This document shows positions 7,295 to 15,882 of a stretch of 64,000 nucleotides of DNA, one piece after another; the first letter of the stretch is position 1, and the number at the start of each line of letters is the position of its first letter. The notes beneath the pieces were generated by a model. It was not told the DNA's origin, searched no databases, and worked only from the letters and a program-made list of their open reading frames with translations. The translations under genes and the position numbers were made by a program. The stretch is from an uncultured virus (IMG/VR IMGVR_UViG_3300027793_000086). Its lineage: Duplodnaviria; Heunggongvirae; Uroviricota; Caudoviricetes. The stretch is from the IMG/VR virus record IMGVR_UViG_3300027793_000086; one strand, given 5' to 3'.

Positions 7295-9769
7295 TTACTC
7301 CTTTGCAGGCGCAGCGGTTTGCGCCTTCATTTGCTGTTGCACCGCTTGTTGTCGCATCTTCATCTGTTGCTGCTGAGCCTGATGGTTCAGCTTTTGACGA
7401 TGTGTTTGCTCCTTCTGCTGTAACTCCTGCTGCGCCCGCATAGCCTTCAGGCGAGGGTCTTCACCCTGGTTTTTCTGGGCTTCAAGCTGCAAGCGCTGCG
7501 CCTCAAGCTGCAGCTTTTGCTGCGCGATCTGGAAGTCCATCTGGTCGTTCTGGGCCTTGCGCTGCACTTCGGCCTGCTTCAACTGAAGCTCCACCTGCTG
7601 CATCTGCAAGACGGGGTCCTGCGCCTGCTGCTGAGCTTGTTGTTGAGCCGCCATTGCTTGGTTCTGGACCATCGTGCGCTGTGCAGCGGCGGCAATTAGC
7701 GGAGCCAGGGCCTTCTCGTCTTCGGGGGCGATGGGCGCGTTGTCTTCCTCGTCCAGCGTGGGCAGGGGCACACCCAGGGCCATCTCGACCTGAGCCCGGT
7801 ATGCGAACGCAGCGTGCTCTGCGATGTGCGCCATGAGCGCGGCCATCATCTGCTGCGCCATCGGGTTCTGACCCAGCGTGGCCGCAATCTTCGGATCTTG
7901 CATGAACGCCTGATGGGTTAGGAGGTGCGCCTCATGATCCTGATACGCGAACGCCTTGACGGGCTTGCCACGCAGCACGTTCATGTTCTCCGTCACAGGG
8001 TCCTGGGGTTTCTGGTCTTCAGGGATGGCAACCAACCGTTCAGCGTTCTTGATGCCCAACACCTCCAGCATCTGCCGATGCAACTGAGGCAGGTCGTAGA
8101 TCTGCGGCGCACCTTGAGCCAATTGCAGTGCCGCTTGGTACTGCATGATCCGCTGCGCCATCGTGGCCGCGTTGGGGTCACTGACCGGGATCACCTCTAC
8201 GAGGTCATAGTCAGACTGCTTGACCGACCGGTCTCCGCCTTCTGGCGTGTAGGAATAGTCTGCAGGTAGGAAGTCACGGATGATTCCTTTGAGGAGCTTG
8301 AACTCCATTCTCAGGCTGGCGTGCACGCGGGCCTGAACAGCCGACATCGTCTTGAGTTGGCGCTCCAAAATCGCCAGCGTGGTGCCCACCGGGGCCTGTG
8401 CGCTCATGTCGCTGACCTTCAGGTCTGCGATGGCAGCAAGGCGTCGGCCTTCCTCTGTGATGCGCTCCAGCAGGGCGGCAAGAACCTGACTGGGCTCCTT
8501 GTACGGCAGAGGCATGATGTTGTCCCTGACCGATCCACTGGGGATATCTACGTCCCTGAACTCGCCTGGAGCAATAGGAGTGTCGTCACCCTTAATCCGC
8601 AAACCTCGGCTCTTCAAACCACCGGGCAGGTTGGACAGGGTTCCAGCATCAACGAGTTGGCGAATGATGGAAGTGCCAGCGCGAGCATAACCACCAATAA
8701 GGTGGATATAACCCAAACCATAAGCACCAAAACCAGGAATGTAGGTGTATTGAACGAAGTGTTGTCGCTTGAGTTTTCGGTTGTCGTCTTCGTTCCAGTT
8801 TCTTCGGATTGCCAGAACCGTCTGAGTGCCCCTCTCAACCGTGACCACATACGGCAAAGGAACTTCATCTTCGTACCCCGGCATGTCCCAGTCTACGTGG
8901 ATCTCAAGCACCTGATACCGATCATCATCGGTAAGGGTATACCCTTGTTCTTCCGCTTTTTTCTTCTCAATGTCAGTAAAGAACCTGACAGGTTCACCCA
9001 GTTCTACGTCTCTATAAAAGCCAGCAACCTGCAGTTTTTTAAGCTCGTTCTCCGTCTTGCGCATGATGTGGGTCACGCGCTCGGCTGTGTACACGTTCGA
9101 CGCCCCGTAGGGCATGATCAGATCTTCAGCAGGGACGAATGGTGCAGCAGGCAGTTCTGTGCTCGGGTTGGGGTAGATCTTCTTGAACGCTGCACCTGAC
9201 AGGCCCAGGGAGTACAGCATCCGCTCGTGCTCAGAGCGGTAGTCAATCATCTTCTCGGTCAGCATGTAGTTCATGTCATCGCGGACACGTTCTGCAGCTT
9301 CTTCCTTCAGACGATCAATGGCACCGATGATCTGCGTTTTCACCGGGCCTTGAGCCGGGAACGTCTCAGTGATCATCTCCGACTGGAACCTGATAGCAGC
9401 TTCGGTCAGCAGCGGGCTGTACACCCCACAGGCACCGTTCCACGGCTCAGTGCGCTCTTCATACTTCATCCCCAGGACTTCCAAACCCTTGACGAACATC
9501 TCCGTCCAGTCTTTGCGACTGTTAATGTCTGCGTCTACCAGGGAGACAAGCTCTGAGGCCAGCGTCTGAAGCTCGCCATCGTCCATGTACTCCGCGAGGT
9601 TGGCACCGAAGTCCTCGGCAGTTTCTGGCTCTGACTCAAGGGTGATTTCTACGTCTCCGGTACGGAGGCTTACAGCCTCCGGGTTCTCGATCTCAATCTC
9701 GATGGCAGGCTCGTCGCCCATCATCAGGGGGTCCAGGGGCATGAGGGCTTGGTCGATATTCGTTGCCAT
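7295..9769 (-). CDS. Portal protein
   Basis: 824 aa following TerL; SRKDW, PW.GA.GV..PLL.EA, GFYG.G-like motif, Gln-rich C-terminal barrel as in P22-like portals. Confidence 0.88.
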   Translation of the reverse strand: MATNIDQALMPLDPLMMGDEPAIEIEIENPEAVSLRTGDVEITLESEPETAEDFGANLAEYMDDGELQTLASELVSLVDADINSRKDWTEMFVKGLEVLGMKYEERTEPWNGACGVYSPLLTEAAIRFQSEMITETFPAQGPVKTQIIGAIDRLKEEAAERVRDDMNYMLTEKMIDYRSEHERMLYSLGLSGAAFKKIYPNPSTELPAAPFVPAEDLIMPYGASNVYTAERVTHIMRKTENELKKLQVAGFYRDVELGEPVRFFTDIEKKKAEEQGYTLTDDDRYQVLEIHVDWDMPGYEDEVPLPYVVTVERGTQTVLAIRRNWNEDDNRKLKRQHFVQYTYIPGFGAYGLGYIHLIGGYARAGTSIIRQLVDAGTLSNLPGGLKSRGLRIKGDDTPIAPGEFRDVDIPSGSVRDNIMPLPYKEPSQVLAALLERITEEGRRLAAIADLKVSDMSAQAPVGTTLAILERQLKTMSAVQARVHASLRMEFKLLKGIIRDFLPADYSYTPEGGDRSVKQSDYDLVEVIPVSDPNAATMAQRIMQYQAALQLAQGAPQIYDLPQLHRQMLEVLGIKNAERLVAIPEDQKPQDPVTENMNVLRGKPVKAFAYQDHEAHLLTHQAFMQDPKIAATLGQNPMAQQMMAALMAHIAEHAAFAYRAQVEMALGVPLPTLDEEDNAPIAPEDEKALAPLIAAAAQRTMVQNQAMAAQQQAQQQAQDPVLQMQQVELQLKQAEVQRKAQNDQMDFQIAQQKLQLEAQRLQLEAQKNQGEDPRLKAMRAQQELQQKEQTHRQKLNHQAQQQQMKMRQQAVQQQMKAQTAAPAKE

Positions 9770-9780
9770 GATGTTTTCTT

Positions 9781-11337
9781 TCAGTAATACGCCGCTCTAC
9801 GTGAGCGGTTGAGGTATTCAGGGTCCCGGTAGTCCGTTGGCAGTCTGATGAACCCGCCCTGCCGATATCTCGCCAGCACCATTGATAGGCAGTCCACCAT
9901 GTCGTCATGCGACCCGTAGGGGAACGCAACGGATTGCTCGATCACTTCCTCGGCCCAACGGCGTCCTTCAGGATACCAGACCATCCCTGAGCGCAGGATG
10001 TCAGACACGGCGTTCAGACGTGCAACCTTGTCCCCGGTGCCCCGGTGCGGCGTGAACTCCTGCACGGGTATGCCCATGCGCCGAAGCTCCTGAAACAGTG
10101 GCGTGCCGCTGGACTTCTTCTCCACGATGAACGCATCGGGGTCCCAGTCCTTCCATTCCCGAACCGCAAGGTCCTTCAACTCGGGGAACTCCACCCGCAC
10201 GTTGATCGCGTTCAGCAAGATGATGTGTGACGCACCATCTGTCAGGTCGTCGTCACTGAACACACCAAAGGTCAGCAGGGCTGTAAAGTCAGAGCGGTTG
10301 TTCTTTTCCGCCGCTGCGTCCAGCGCCATGATGATGTATTCGCAGGATGGTGGGTCGTCTTTTTTCCACGGCTGCCACCAATCGCGCTGGATGATCGCAC
10401 CTTGCTCCCCGGTGGGGTTCTGCATGTACTGCGCGTTCCACTGGAACGCAGGCATCGATGCTTTGGTACGCTCAAGCGCTTCTAGATCGAACTTCTCAGG
10501 CCAAAGCGCTTTTTCAACGGTCTTTTCACCCTCGTCAGTGGGCGTTTTTACCGTCATGATGGCAGGAAATTCAAACACTTCGTACTGGTCTGCCTTGGGG
10601 TTGTTAACACCATCCTTTATCAGGTGCCCAATCAGGTCATCTTGGTGCCAACGTGTGTGAATCACTGCAATTCGACCGCCTGACATCAGACGTGTACGTG
10701 CACCAAAGGCAAACCACTGATAGGTTTTCTCAAGTTCCTCGAAATTACCCGCCAAAAGGTCCTGTTCTGAGTGCGGATCGTCCACCAATAGCAGGTCAGC
10801 ACCCCGTCCAGCCAGTGCAGCACCTACACCGGTAGCAAAATACTCCCCTCCGTGGTTCGTAGACCATCTACCAGCGCTTTTTGAGTCAGCAGCGAGGGTG
10901 ATTCCGGGAAAAATTGACGTGTACCGGGGGTCTGCGATGATATTTCGCACTTTTCGACCGAAATCGACGGCCAAATCACCAGTATGGGACACCATCAGCA
11001 CTTTTTTGCCAGGGAATTTACCCAAAAACCATGCAGGAAACAGCGTACTGACGAGGTGTGATTTACCATGCCGGGGCGGGATGGACACAGCAATACGGTC
11101 TTTGTGTCCGAAAGCGATCTGAGTCAGCAGTTCAGCCAGCTTTTTGTGGTGAGGAGCCACGACGTAAGTCGGGTCCATGTGCTTGCAGAACTCCAGCAGG
11201 TTGTCTTGGCAGAGTTTGGCCTGCCTCCTGCGCTCAAGCTCATCAATGATGACCGCGATCTGGCTCTGCTCCTCAGGGCTGAACTGGCTGATGTTGGCAG
11301 CCAGAGCCTCGATCTCAGTTTCGGTGAGAAGCTGCAC
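9781..11337 (-). CDS. terL: Terminase large subunit
   Basis: Walker A region PPRHGKS, Walker B LLLVDD, TRWHQDD, nuclease DAA..SDFTA and HDDMVD motifs. Confidence 0.95.
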   Translation of the reverse strand: MQLLTETEIEALAANISQFSPEEQSQIAVIIDELERRRQAKLCQDNLLEFCKHMDPTYVVAPHHKKLAELLTQIAFGHKDRIAVSIPPRHGKSHLVSTLFPAWFLGKFPGKKVLMVSHTGDLAVDFGRKVRNIIADPRYTSIFPGITLAADSKSAGRWSTNHGGEYFATGVGAALAGRGADLLLVDDPHSEQDLLAGNFEELEKTYQWFAFGARTRLMSGGRIAVIHTRWHQDDLIGHLIKDGVNNPKADQYEVFEFPAIMTVKTPTDEGEKTVEKALWPEKFDLEALERTKASMPAFQWNAQYMQNPTGEQGAIIQRDWWQPWKKDDPPSCEYIIMALDAAAEKNNRSDFTALLTFGVFSDDDLTDGASHIILLNAINVRVEFPELKDLAVREWKDWDPDAFIVEKKSSGTPLFQELRRMGIPVQEFTPHRGTGDKVARLNAVSDILRSGMVWYPEGRRWAEEVIEQSVAFPYGSHDDMVDCLSMVLARYRQGGFIRLPTDYRDPEYLNRSRRAAYY

Positions 11338-11339
11338 AG

Positions 11340-11954
11340 TCAGGAGCCAGCCAGCATAGCTTTGGCACTGATGGGTGCGTCGAGCTTGATCGGCGGGGCA
11401 ATGATCTTGGCGTCTTCGGCACCTGACACGTCCATCAGCTTGCGCAGTTTGTCTCGCAGGGAGGTCTCTAGTTCGACGGTGCTGCGGTTGTTGACGGTGA
11501 TCTCGGTGCGCTCAGTGAACAGCCCCACGTCGCTGACCTTGCCAAGCAGTTCCAGGGCACGCATGCGGATACGTGCATCGACGTTTTCGGTCTCTACGAT
11601 CAGCTTGTTCGTGACGAAGTGTCGCAGGCGCTTGGCGTCCTTCACCACCTCCATGTCGTAGGCAGTCAGGATTCTTTCTACGAACAGCGCACTGGCAGGG
11701 GTGCTGATGGCTGCGTTGACCTCCTCGGAGGGCACTTCCTTGCCTTGGGCCGATCGACGCAGCGCGTTGTGCGTGATGGCTTGGACGAACTCCATGTCCT
11801 CGGGTTCGTCTTTGTAGCCCACGATGTCCAGCAGGTTGGCTGCGTTCACTGCAGCACGGGCCTTGGCTTTGATTTCTGCGTAGCAGAGCTTGGCAGACTG
11901 GGAGCCAGACTTCGTCGGCAGCGGGACGTACTCGTCAACAGGGCATTCAATCAT
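11340..11954 (-). CDS. terS: Terminase small subunit (putative)
   Basis: 204 aa directly upstream of terL; RMRALELLGK..VGLFTER motif. Confidence 0.75.
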   Translation of the reverse strand: MIECPVDEYVPLPTKSGSQSAKLCYAEIKAKARAAVNAANLLDIVGYKDEPEDMEFVQAITHNALRRSAQGKEVPSEEVNAAISTPASALFVERILTAYDMEVVKDAKRLRHFVTNKLIVETENVDARIRMRALELLGKVSDVGLFTERTEITVNNRSTVELETSLRDKLRKLMDVSGAEDAKIIAPPIKLDAPISAKAMLAGS

Positions 11955-11984
11955 GGCAGCACGAAGCAGATCTTCGGTGCGCCG

Positions 11985-12013
11985 AATGTAACGCGAAAAA
12001 TTTGTGCATGCAA
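11985..12013 (-). promoter_or_regulatory. sigma70-like promoter of the virion operon
   Basis: TTGCAT-17 nt-TACATT about 30 nt upstream of terS. Confidence 0.55.
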
Positions 12014-12228
12014 GGGGTGGTAGGAATCCTACCGGGGGGTGTTTCTATATTGGCAGGGGTGGGGGTGTACCCACCCCCGAGTTTATTTTTGTTGTAGCCT
12101 AATTCGTATCAAATTGCGCTCCTAATACCGCCGTAACGCCCAGACGTCCTCGTTGTTTATGCGTAACACAGCGCAAAGCGCGGCGGCGGAGTCCCAACGC
12201 ATACAGGGGTCTCCCGGGTAGGGTGGGT

Positions 12229-12245
12229 GTTATACAGTGTATAAC
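12229..12245. promoter_or_regulatory. Palindromic operator-like site GTTATACA-G-TGTATAAC, copy 1
   Basis: Perfect 8-bp inverted repeat; identical copy at 13116-13132. Confidence 0.6.
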
Positions 12246-12319
12246 CGAAAAACACGCGTTACCCTAGAGTGTAGGCATGACAAACCTACATTAACCTAAC
12301 CCTGTAAAGGAAACGCAAA

Positions 12320-12961
12320 ATGTCACAAGTGCAATTCGATCTTTCCCCCGCAGCCTCAGTCCTCTCAGACGCCGCAAGTGCAGAGAGCACCGCACGTGAT
12401 AAGTGGTCACGCGCTGGTAAGGCGCTGGCAAAGATGGGGCTTGTCTCTGAAATGCTGGTGAAGTCTACTGACAAGCACCCTAATGCTTTGTGGAATCAAT
12501 CAGTCTACACACAAGTCCGGGGCTTCATTGTTCAGGGCGTTTCTGCTTCGAAGAAACCTGTAACTCTCATCACTACAGTTCCAGGTAGCGTATCCGCCGA
12601 AAGCCCGAAAGGGTCAAACAAGTGGTCAGTTGCAATGCTGTTGGACCTGACAACTGATCAGTTGCGGGAAATCGACGACGATGTGCTCAAGTCTCTCCGT
12701 CGGGAATATATGCAACTGGTTGACGGTACGATGATGTCACGGGTGAAGACCCATATCGATAAGGCTAACGGTATCGTCAAAACTAAGGGTTCGAAGGGGA
12801 GCGATAGTGCTGATACAGCCCCGGCGGAATCAACCGATCCGATCGTGATTATCCAGGGCATCATAAACAAGGCGACTCAGATCGTAGACGTTGCCGATGT
12901 TGATAGGTTACAGAATGCTGGACTCGAAATGATCGCATTGATTCGCAAGCACCGCAAGTGA
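12320..12961 (+). CDS. Hypothetical early protein
   Basis: 213 aa, RBS AAGGA, own terminator; no recognisable domain. Confidence 0.75.
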   Translation: MSQVQFDLSPAASVLSDAASAESTARDKWSRAGKALAKMGLVSEMLVKSTDKHPNALWNQSVYTQVRGFIVQGVSASKKPVTLITTVPGSVSAESPKGSNKWSVAMLLDLTTDQLREIDDDVLKSLRREYMQLVDGTMMSRVKTHIDKANGIVKTKGSKGSDSADTAPAESTDPIVIIQGIINKATQIVDVADVDRLQNAGLEMIALIRKHRK

Positions 12962-12967
12962 TCGCAG

Positions 12968-13000
12968 CCCCGCAGGGTACACGCCCTGCGGGGTTTTTTT
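12968..13000 (+). terminator. Intrinsic terminator
   Basis: CCCGCAGGG-tacacg-CCCTGCGGG followed by a T8 run. Confidence 0.88.
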
Positions 13001-13114
13001 GTGCCTGCTCGGGACCGGATGTCAAGAGTACGCGAGTGGCACGCCAGCACGCGAGTCCCCACGCCGCGCCTGTACGCGAGGCCGCGCATCGACGCGCTAT
13101 GCTACCCAAAGCAA

Positions 13115-13133
13115 TGTTATACAGTGTATAACA
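13115..13133. promoter_or_regulatory. Palindromic operator-like site, copy 2
   Basis: TGTTATACA-G-TGTATAACA. Confidence 0.6.
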
Positions 13134-13228
13134 AACTTATAACGCGCCGCAGGGTAGCACCGACACCCGGTCCCCTAGAGTCCGCGAGGCTGAGCAGGGG
13201 TGGCACGCCAGCAGCCCGCCCCGACTTC

Positions 13229-13398
13229 GTTCCTTGTGTTCCTGTACCTCTCTCTCTTTTAAGAAAGTTTCTTAGATTAGTATTAACCCTACTTATTTAT
13301 TTTGTTTTACATGGCTAAGGGGGGGTCTGGGGCATCTTCCTACTCTTTGGCGGGAACTGGAGGAACGCGCGGAACAATCCAATCAAATCAACAACTTA
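13229..13398. other. Candidate replication origin (inverted iterons, AT-rich core, IHF site)
   Basis: GTTCC at 13229 and 13238, AT-rich 13255-13312, GGAAC at 13353, 13362 and 13371, IHF consensus AATCAACAACTTA at 13386-13398. Confidence 0.45.
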
Positions 13399-13572
13399 GC
13401 CGTTATACTAACTTTGTGTCCATAATTCCACCCCCTAATTCCACACACTAACTCCGCGAGCACCCCCCTTCCCAGTCTTACTGGTAGTAAAGCTAGCCCC
13501 TTGCGCACCCCGCTCCAGTTATGCTACCATAACAACTCCTAGCCCCCATCAACCCCCAGGAGCCCCCACACC

Positions 13573-14640
13573 ATGCGCTACCCCGACCCCGAACTGCTCG
13601 CCCGCCGCTGCATCATCCTCACCAACAAGCGTGGCGAGCCCTACATTGCCTACCGCAGCAATGGACTCAATCCGATAGAGATTTGGGGCAAACCCGTACC
13701 TTATACAGCAGGCATCATCTTCGGTACCCCCGAGGACGTGATCCTCACGTTCGAAGACTTCATCGCCCCCTTCACCATCTACTCCCCCGCCCTGCAACTC
13801 ACCAGTGACCTGCCCATCGACGCCCCATCAATGGACATCAAGTTCACCCCTGCCACAGACGCCAAGGTGCACACCCTGCGGGACTACGGTTCAGTTGTGC
13901 AGAACAAAGCCCTGTATCACGAATCAATGGTACAGATACGCAACCACTCCATCGACAAGCTATTCAAGAAAGCCCTCAAGCGCATCGGCAAAGAGGAGAC
14001 TGCATTGGACACACTAGAGCGGTTTGAAGTTGTCTCCGTTGTGGCTAAGTTGATGTGTGTATCCAACGCCGTAGTGAACAAGGCCCTGAAACTGCCGGTC
14101 CCGCCGAAAGCAGATGGTGCACCTAACCTACGCACCACGGGCAGGCAGCACAGCTTCCCCAAGTCGATCTCTTCAGAGCACGCATACAAGCTCAAGGCAC
14201 TGAAGGCTGCTGTGCAGCAGTGCAGGACGAACATGACCAACCGAGGGGGCAGTTCGTTTGTCTTGCAGGACCTATACGCCGTGGGCGAACCGGGCGGGTT
14301 CGTTACCCGCTGCCCCGTGCTGGGTGTGGACCTAGCCTGGGACGAGTTTGCTTCGTACTACGCACCCCGCGTCGGGAGACGCGACACCCGGTCTGCCTTC
14401 ACGTCGGAGAACGTGATGGTGATGAGCATGTTGGCCCGGAAGATGGTCGAGGGCATGACAGTAAGTGCCCTGCCTGTTCTGCTGAAGAGCCGCCCTGCCT
14501 TGGCTGAGCGGTTCAAAGAGTGGTCTGCCAAGCATCCACCTGTGCCAAACGAGAAGACTGCTGAAGCTGTCGAAGAAGCGGTAAAGAAGACTCAACTACA
14601 GAAATTAGTTGACGATTGGAAGGACAGTGGAGAGGATTAA
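13573..14640 (+). CDS. Hypothetical protein with degenerate His-Me finger (HNH-like) C-terminal domain
   Basis: CPVLGVDL...APRVGRRDTRSAFTSENVMVMS resembles CPVLG...PSLDRID..KGY..NV.VIS..AN but lacks the conserved D/N residues. Confidence 0.6.
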   Translation: MRYPDPELLARRCIILTNKRGEPYIAYRSNGLNPIEIWGKPVPYTAGIIFGTPEDVILTFEDFIAPFTIYSPALQLTSDLPIDAPSMDIKFTPATDAKVHTLRDYGSVVQNKALYHESMVQIRNHSIDKLFKKALKRIGKEETALDTLERFEVVSVVAKLMCVSNAVVNKALKLPVPPKADGAPNLRTTGRQHSFPKSISSEHAYKLKALKAAVQQCRTNMTNRGGSSFVLQDLYAVGEPGGFVTRCPVLGVDLAWDEFASYYAPRVGRRDTRSAFTSENVMVMSMLARKMVEGMTVSALPVLLKSRPALAERFKEWSAKHPPVPNEKTAEAVEEAVKKTQLQKLVDDWKDSGED

Positions 14641-14644
14641 ATGC

Positions 14645-14673
14645 TTGACATAAGGAGCTACTTGGCATATAAT
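14645..14673 (+). promoter_or_regulatory. Perfect-consensus sigma70 promoter (main early promoter)
   Basis: TTGACA-17 nt-TATAAT. Confidence 0.9.
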
Positions 14674-14745
14674 AGATACATCGGCTGGGAAATCAAACAG
14701 AGAGACCTTTCGCAGACGATACGCTGCAAGCACTGCTAGCAGCTA

Positions 14746-14762
14746 CGCTCTTTAACAATTTA
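14746..14762 (+). promoter_or_regulatory. boxA (NusB/NusE) antitermination element
   Basis: CGCTCTTTAACAATTTA matches the rrn leader boxA (TGCTCTTTAACAATTT), about 70 nt downstream of the promoter. Confidence 0.75.
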
Positions 14763-15180
14763 GTCTTGCTCAACGCCGTGAGGCGCTGTAGGCATAGTGT
14801 TCAGTCGCGCAGTGATAAGCCCGCAAGGGCGTACAGCGCTATCGTTCATGACTTGTGTTACTGCTGAGTCACATCAACCCGTGCGTGTCGCATCACGCAG
14901 TAAGAGGTCCGTGGCAGGTAGGAAGGTGAATGTATCCCCCTGCAAGGGTGCAGCACATCATGAAGGGTCCGTAGCACTCCCTGCATAGTGGTGATGGGTA
15001 AGAGTCCCATGCTGCTATTACATGAATGAACCTGCACGGGGGCGGAGGTGGTTAGGAAAGACACCACCCAACATGCCCCCTGCTTGATGCGCTTCGCGCT
15101 TTGCGTCCGGGTACTGGACGGGCAACGAGTGCATCAAGCAGCATGTGCAGCCGACAATCGTCGGCGGTGCTGCGAACACC
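14763..15180 (+). ncRNA. Putative large structured non-coding RNA / leader
   Basis: No credible ORF; GNRA-capped hairpins, a T-loop-like hairpin, an 11-bp perfect helix (15080-15090/15131-15141). Confidence 0.55.
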
Positions 15181-15190
15181 GGAGAGTGCT

Positions 15191-15508
15191 ATGAACATCA
15201 TCACAAACAACCGCCCACGCCCGATGGCGTGCTTCGCGGACCTGCCTGCCAAGGTGCAGGCTGACTTTGATTACGTCCTGCTGGCTGACCACTACAGCCC
15301 GCGCTTCGTCCAGTACAAGGGCGAGTGGTATGACGTGTACGACAGCCAGACGATCGGCCCGTGTCCGCGTGACACGAACGTGCTGGGGGGTTTGGGCTTC
15401 AGCCAGTTTGTTGGCTGGCACGGCATCGTGTCGGACTCGTTTTTCAGCGGTGTGCTGTTCAAGTTGTGCGACGACGACACCGTGATCGTCGGTCGGTATT
15501 TCAGTTAA
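15191..15508 (+). CDS. Hypothetical early protein
   Basis: MNIITNNRPR..., RBS GGAG; 105 aa. Confidence 0.75.
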   Translation: MNIITNNRPRPMACFADLPAKVQADFDYVLLADHYSPRFVQYKGEWYDVYDSQTIGPCPRDTNVLGGLGFSQFVGWHGIVSDSFFSGVLFKLCDDDTVIVGRYFS

Positions 15509-15535
15509 CGGGGCGCTGCCCCGAAGGAGAATGCA

Positions 15536-15718
15536 ATGACTTGCAGTAACTGCAACACAACGCAGACCAATCAGTTCTGGCGCCTGCGTGGGTACTACGG
15601 TATCAACGGGACGTTCTGCTCCAAGTGTTACGACCTTGTTGCACACGATCCTTATGGCAACCCGCAGAACCCACAAGCCTACGCCCGCAGTGAGTTTGTG
15701 TTTCAAGTTCTGAATTAA
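15536..15718 (+). CDS. Small Zn-finger protein
   Basis: CxxC...CxxC, RBS AAGGAG. Confidence 0.65.
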   Translation: MTCSNCNTTQTNQFWRLRGYYGINGTFCSKCYDLVAHDPYGNPQNPQAYARSEFVFQVLN

Positions 15719-15728
15719 CCACGGTTAA
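15715..15728. promoter_or_regulatory. Palindromic site TTAACC-AC-GGTTAA
   Basis: Identical copy at 22725-22738; related palindrome at 19155-19172. Confidence 0.55.
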
Positions 15729-15738
15729 GGAGGTAGAT

Positions 15739-15873
15739 ATGAATACTTATCTTCGCTACATGCGTGCTGAGTTGCGTGCGTGGGCCGATGGCAACACTGC
15801 CAAGGCCATCATGCTGGCGCGGTGGAAGGCCCGTGCGTACAAGATGTACGCAGTTGAAACCCCGTACTACTGA
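15739..15873 (+). CDS. 44-aa hypothetical protein
   Basis: Not in the ORF track; MNTYLRYMRAELRAW...ETPYY, RBS GGAGG. Confidence 0.65.
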   Translation: MNTYLRYMRAELRAWADGNTAKAIMLARWKARAYKMYAVETPYY

Positions 15874-15882
15874 GGAGGTGCT

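Noticed and set aside
8321..9199. 292-aa ORF antisense to the portal gene
   Set aside because: Shadow ORF of a well-supported gene
13001..13318. 105-aa ORF across the repeat/AT-rich region
   Set aside because: Low-complexity translation, no RBS; better explained as cis-acting DNA
14797..15190. Short ORFs within the structured leader and the N-terminal extension of the 15191 gene
   Set aside because: No RBS and atypical composition; the real start with GGAG is at 15191
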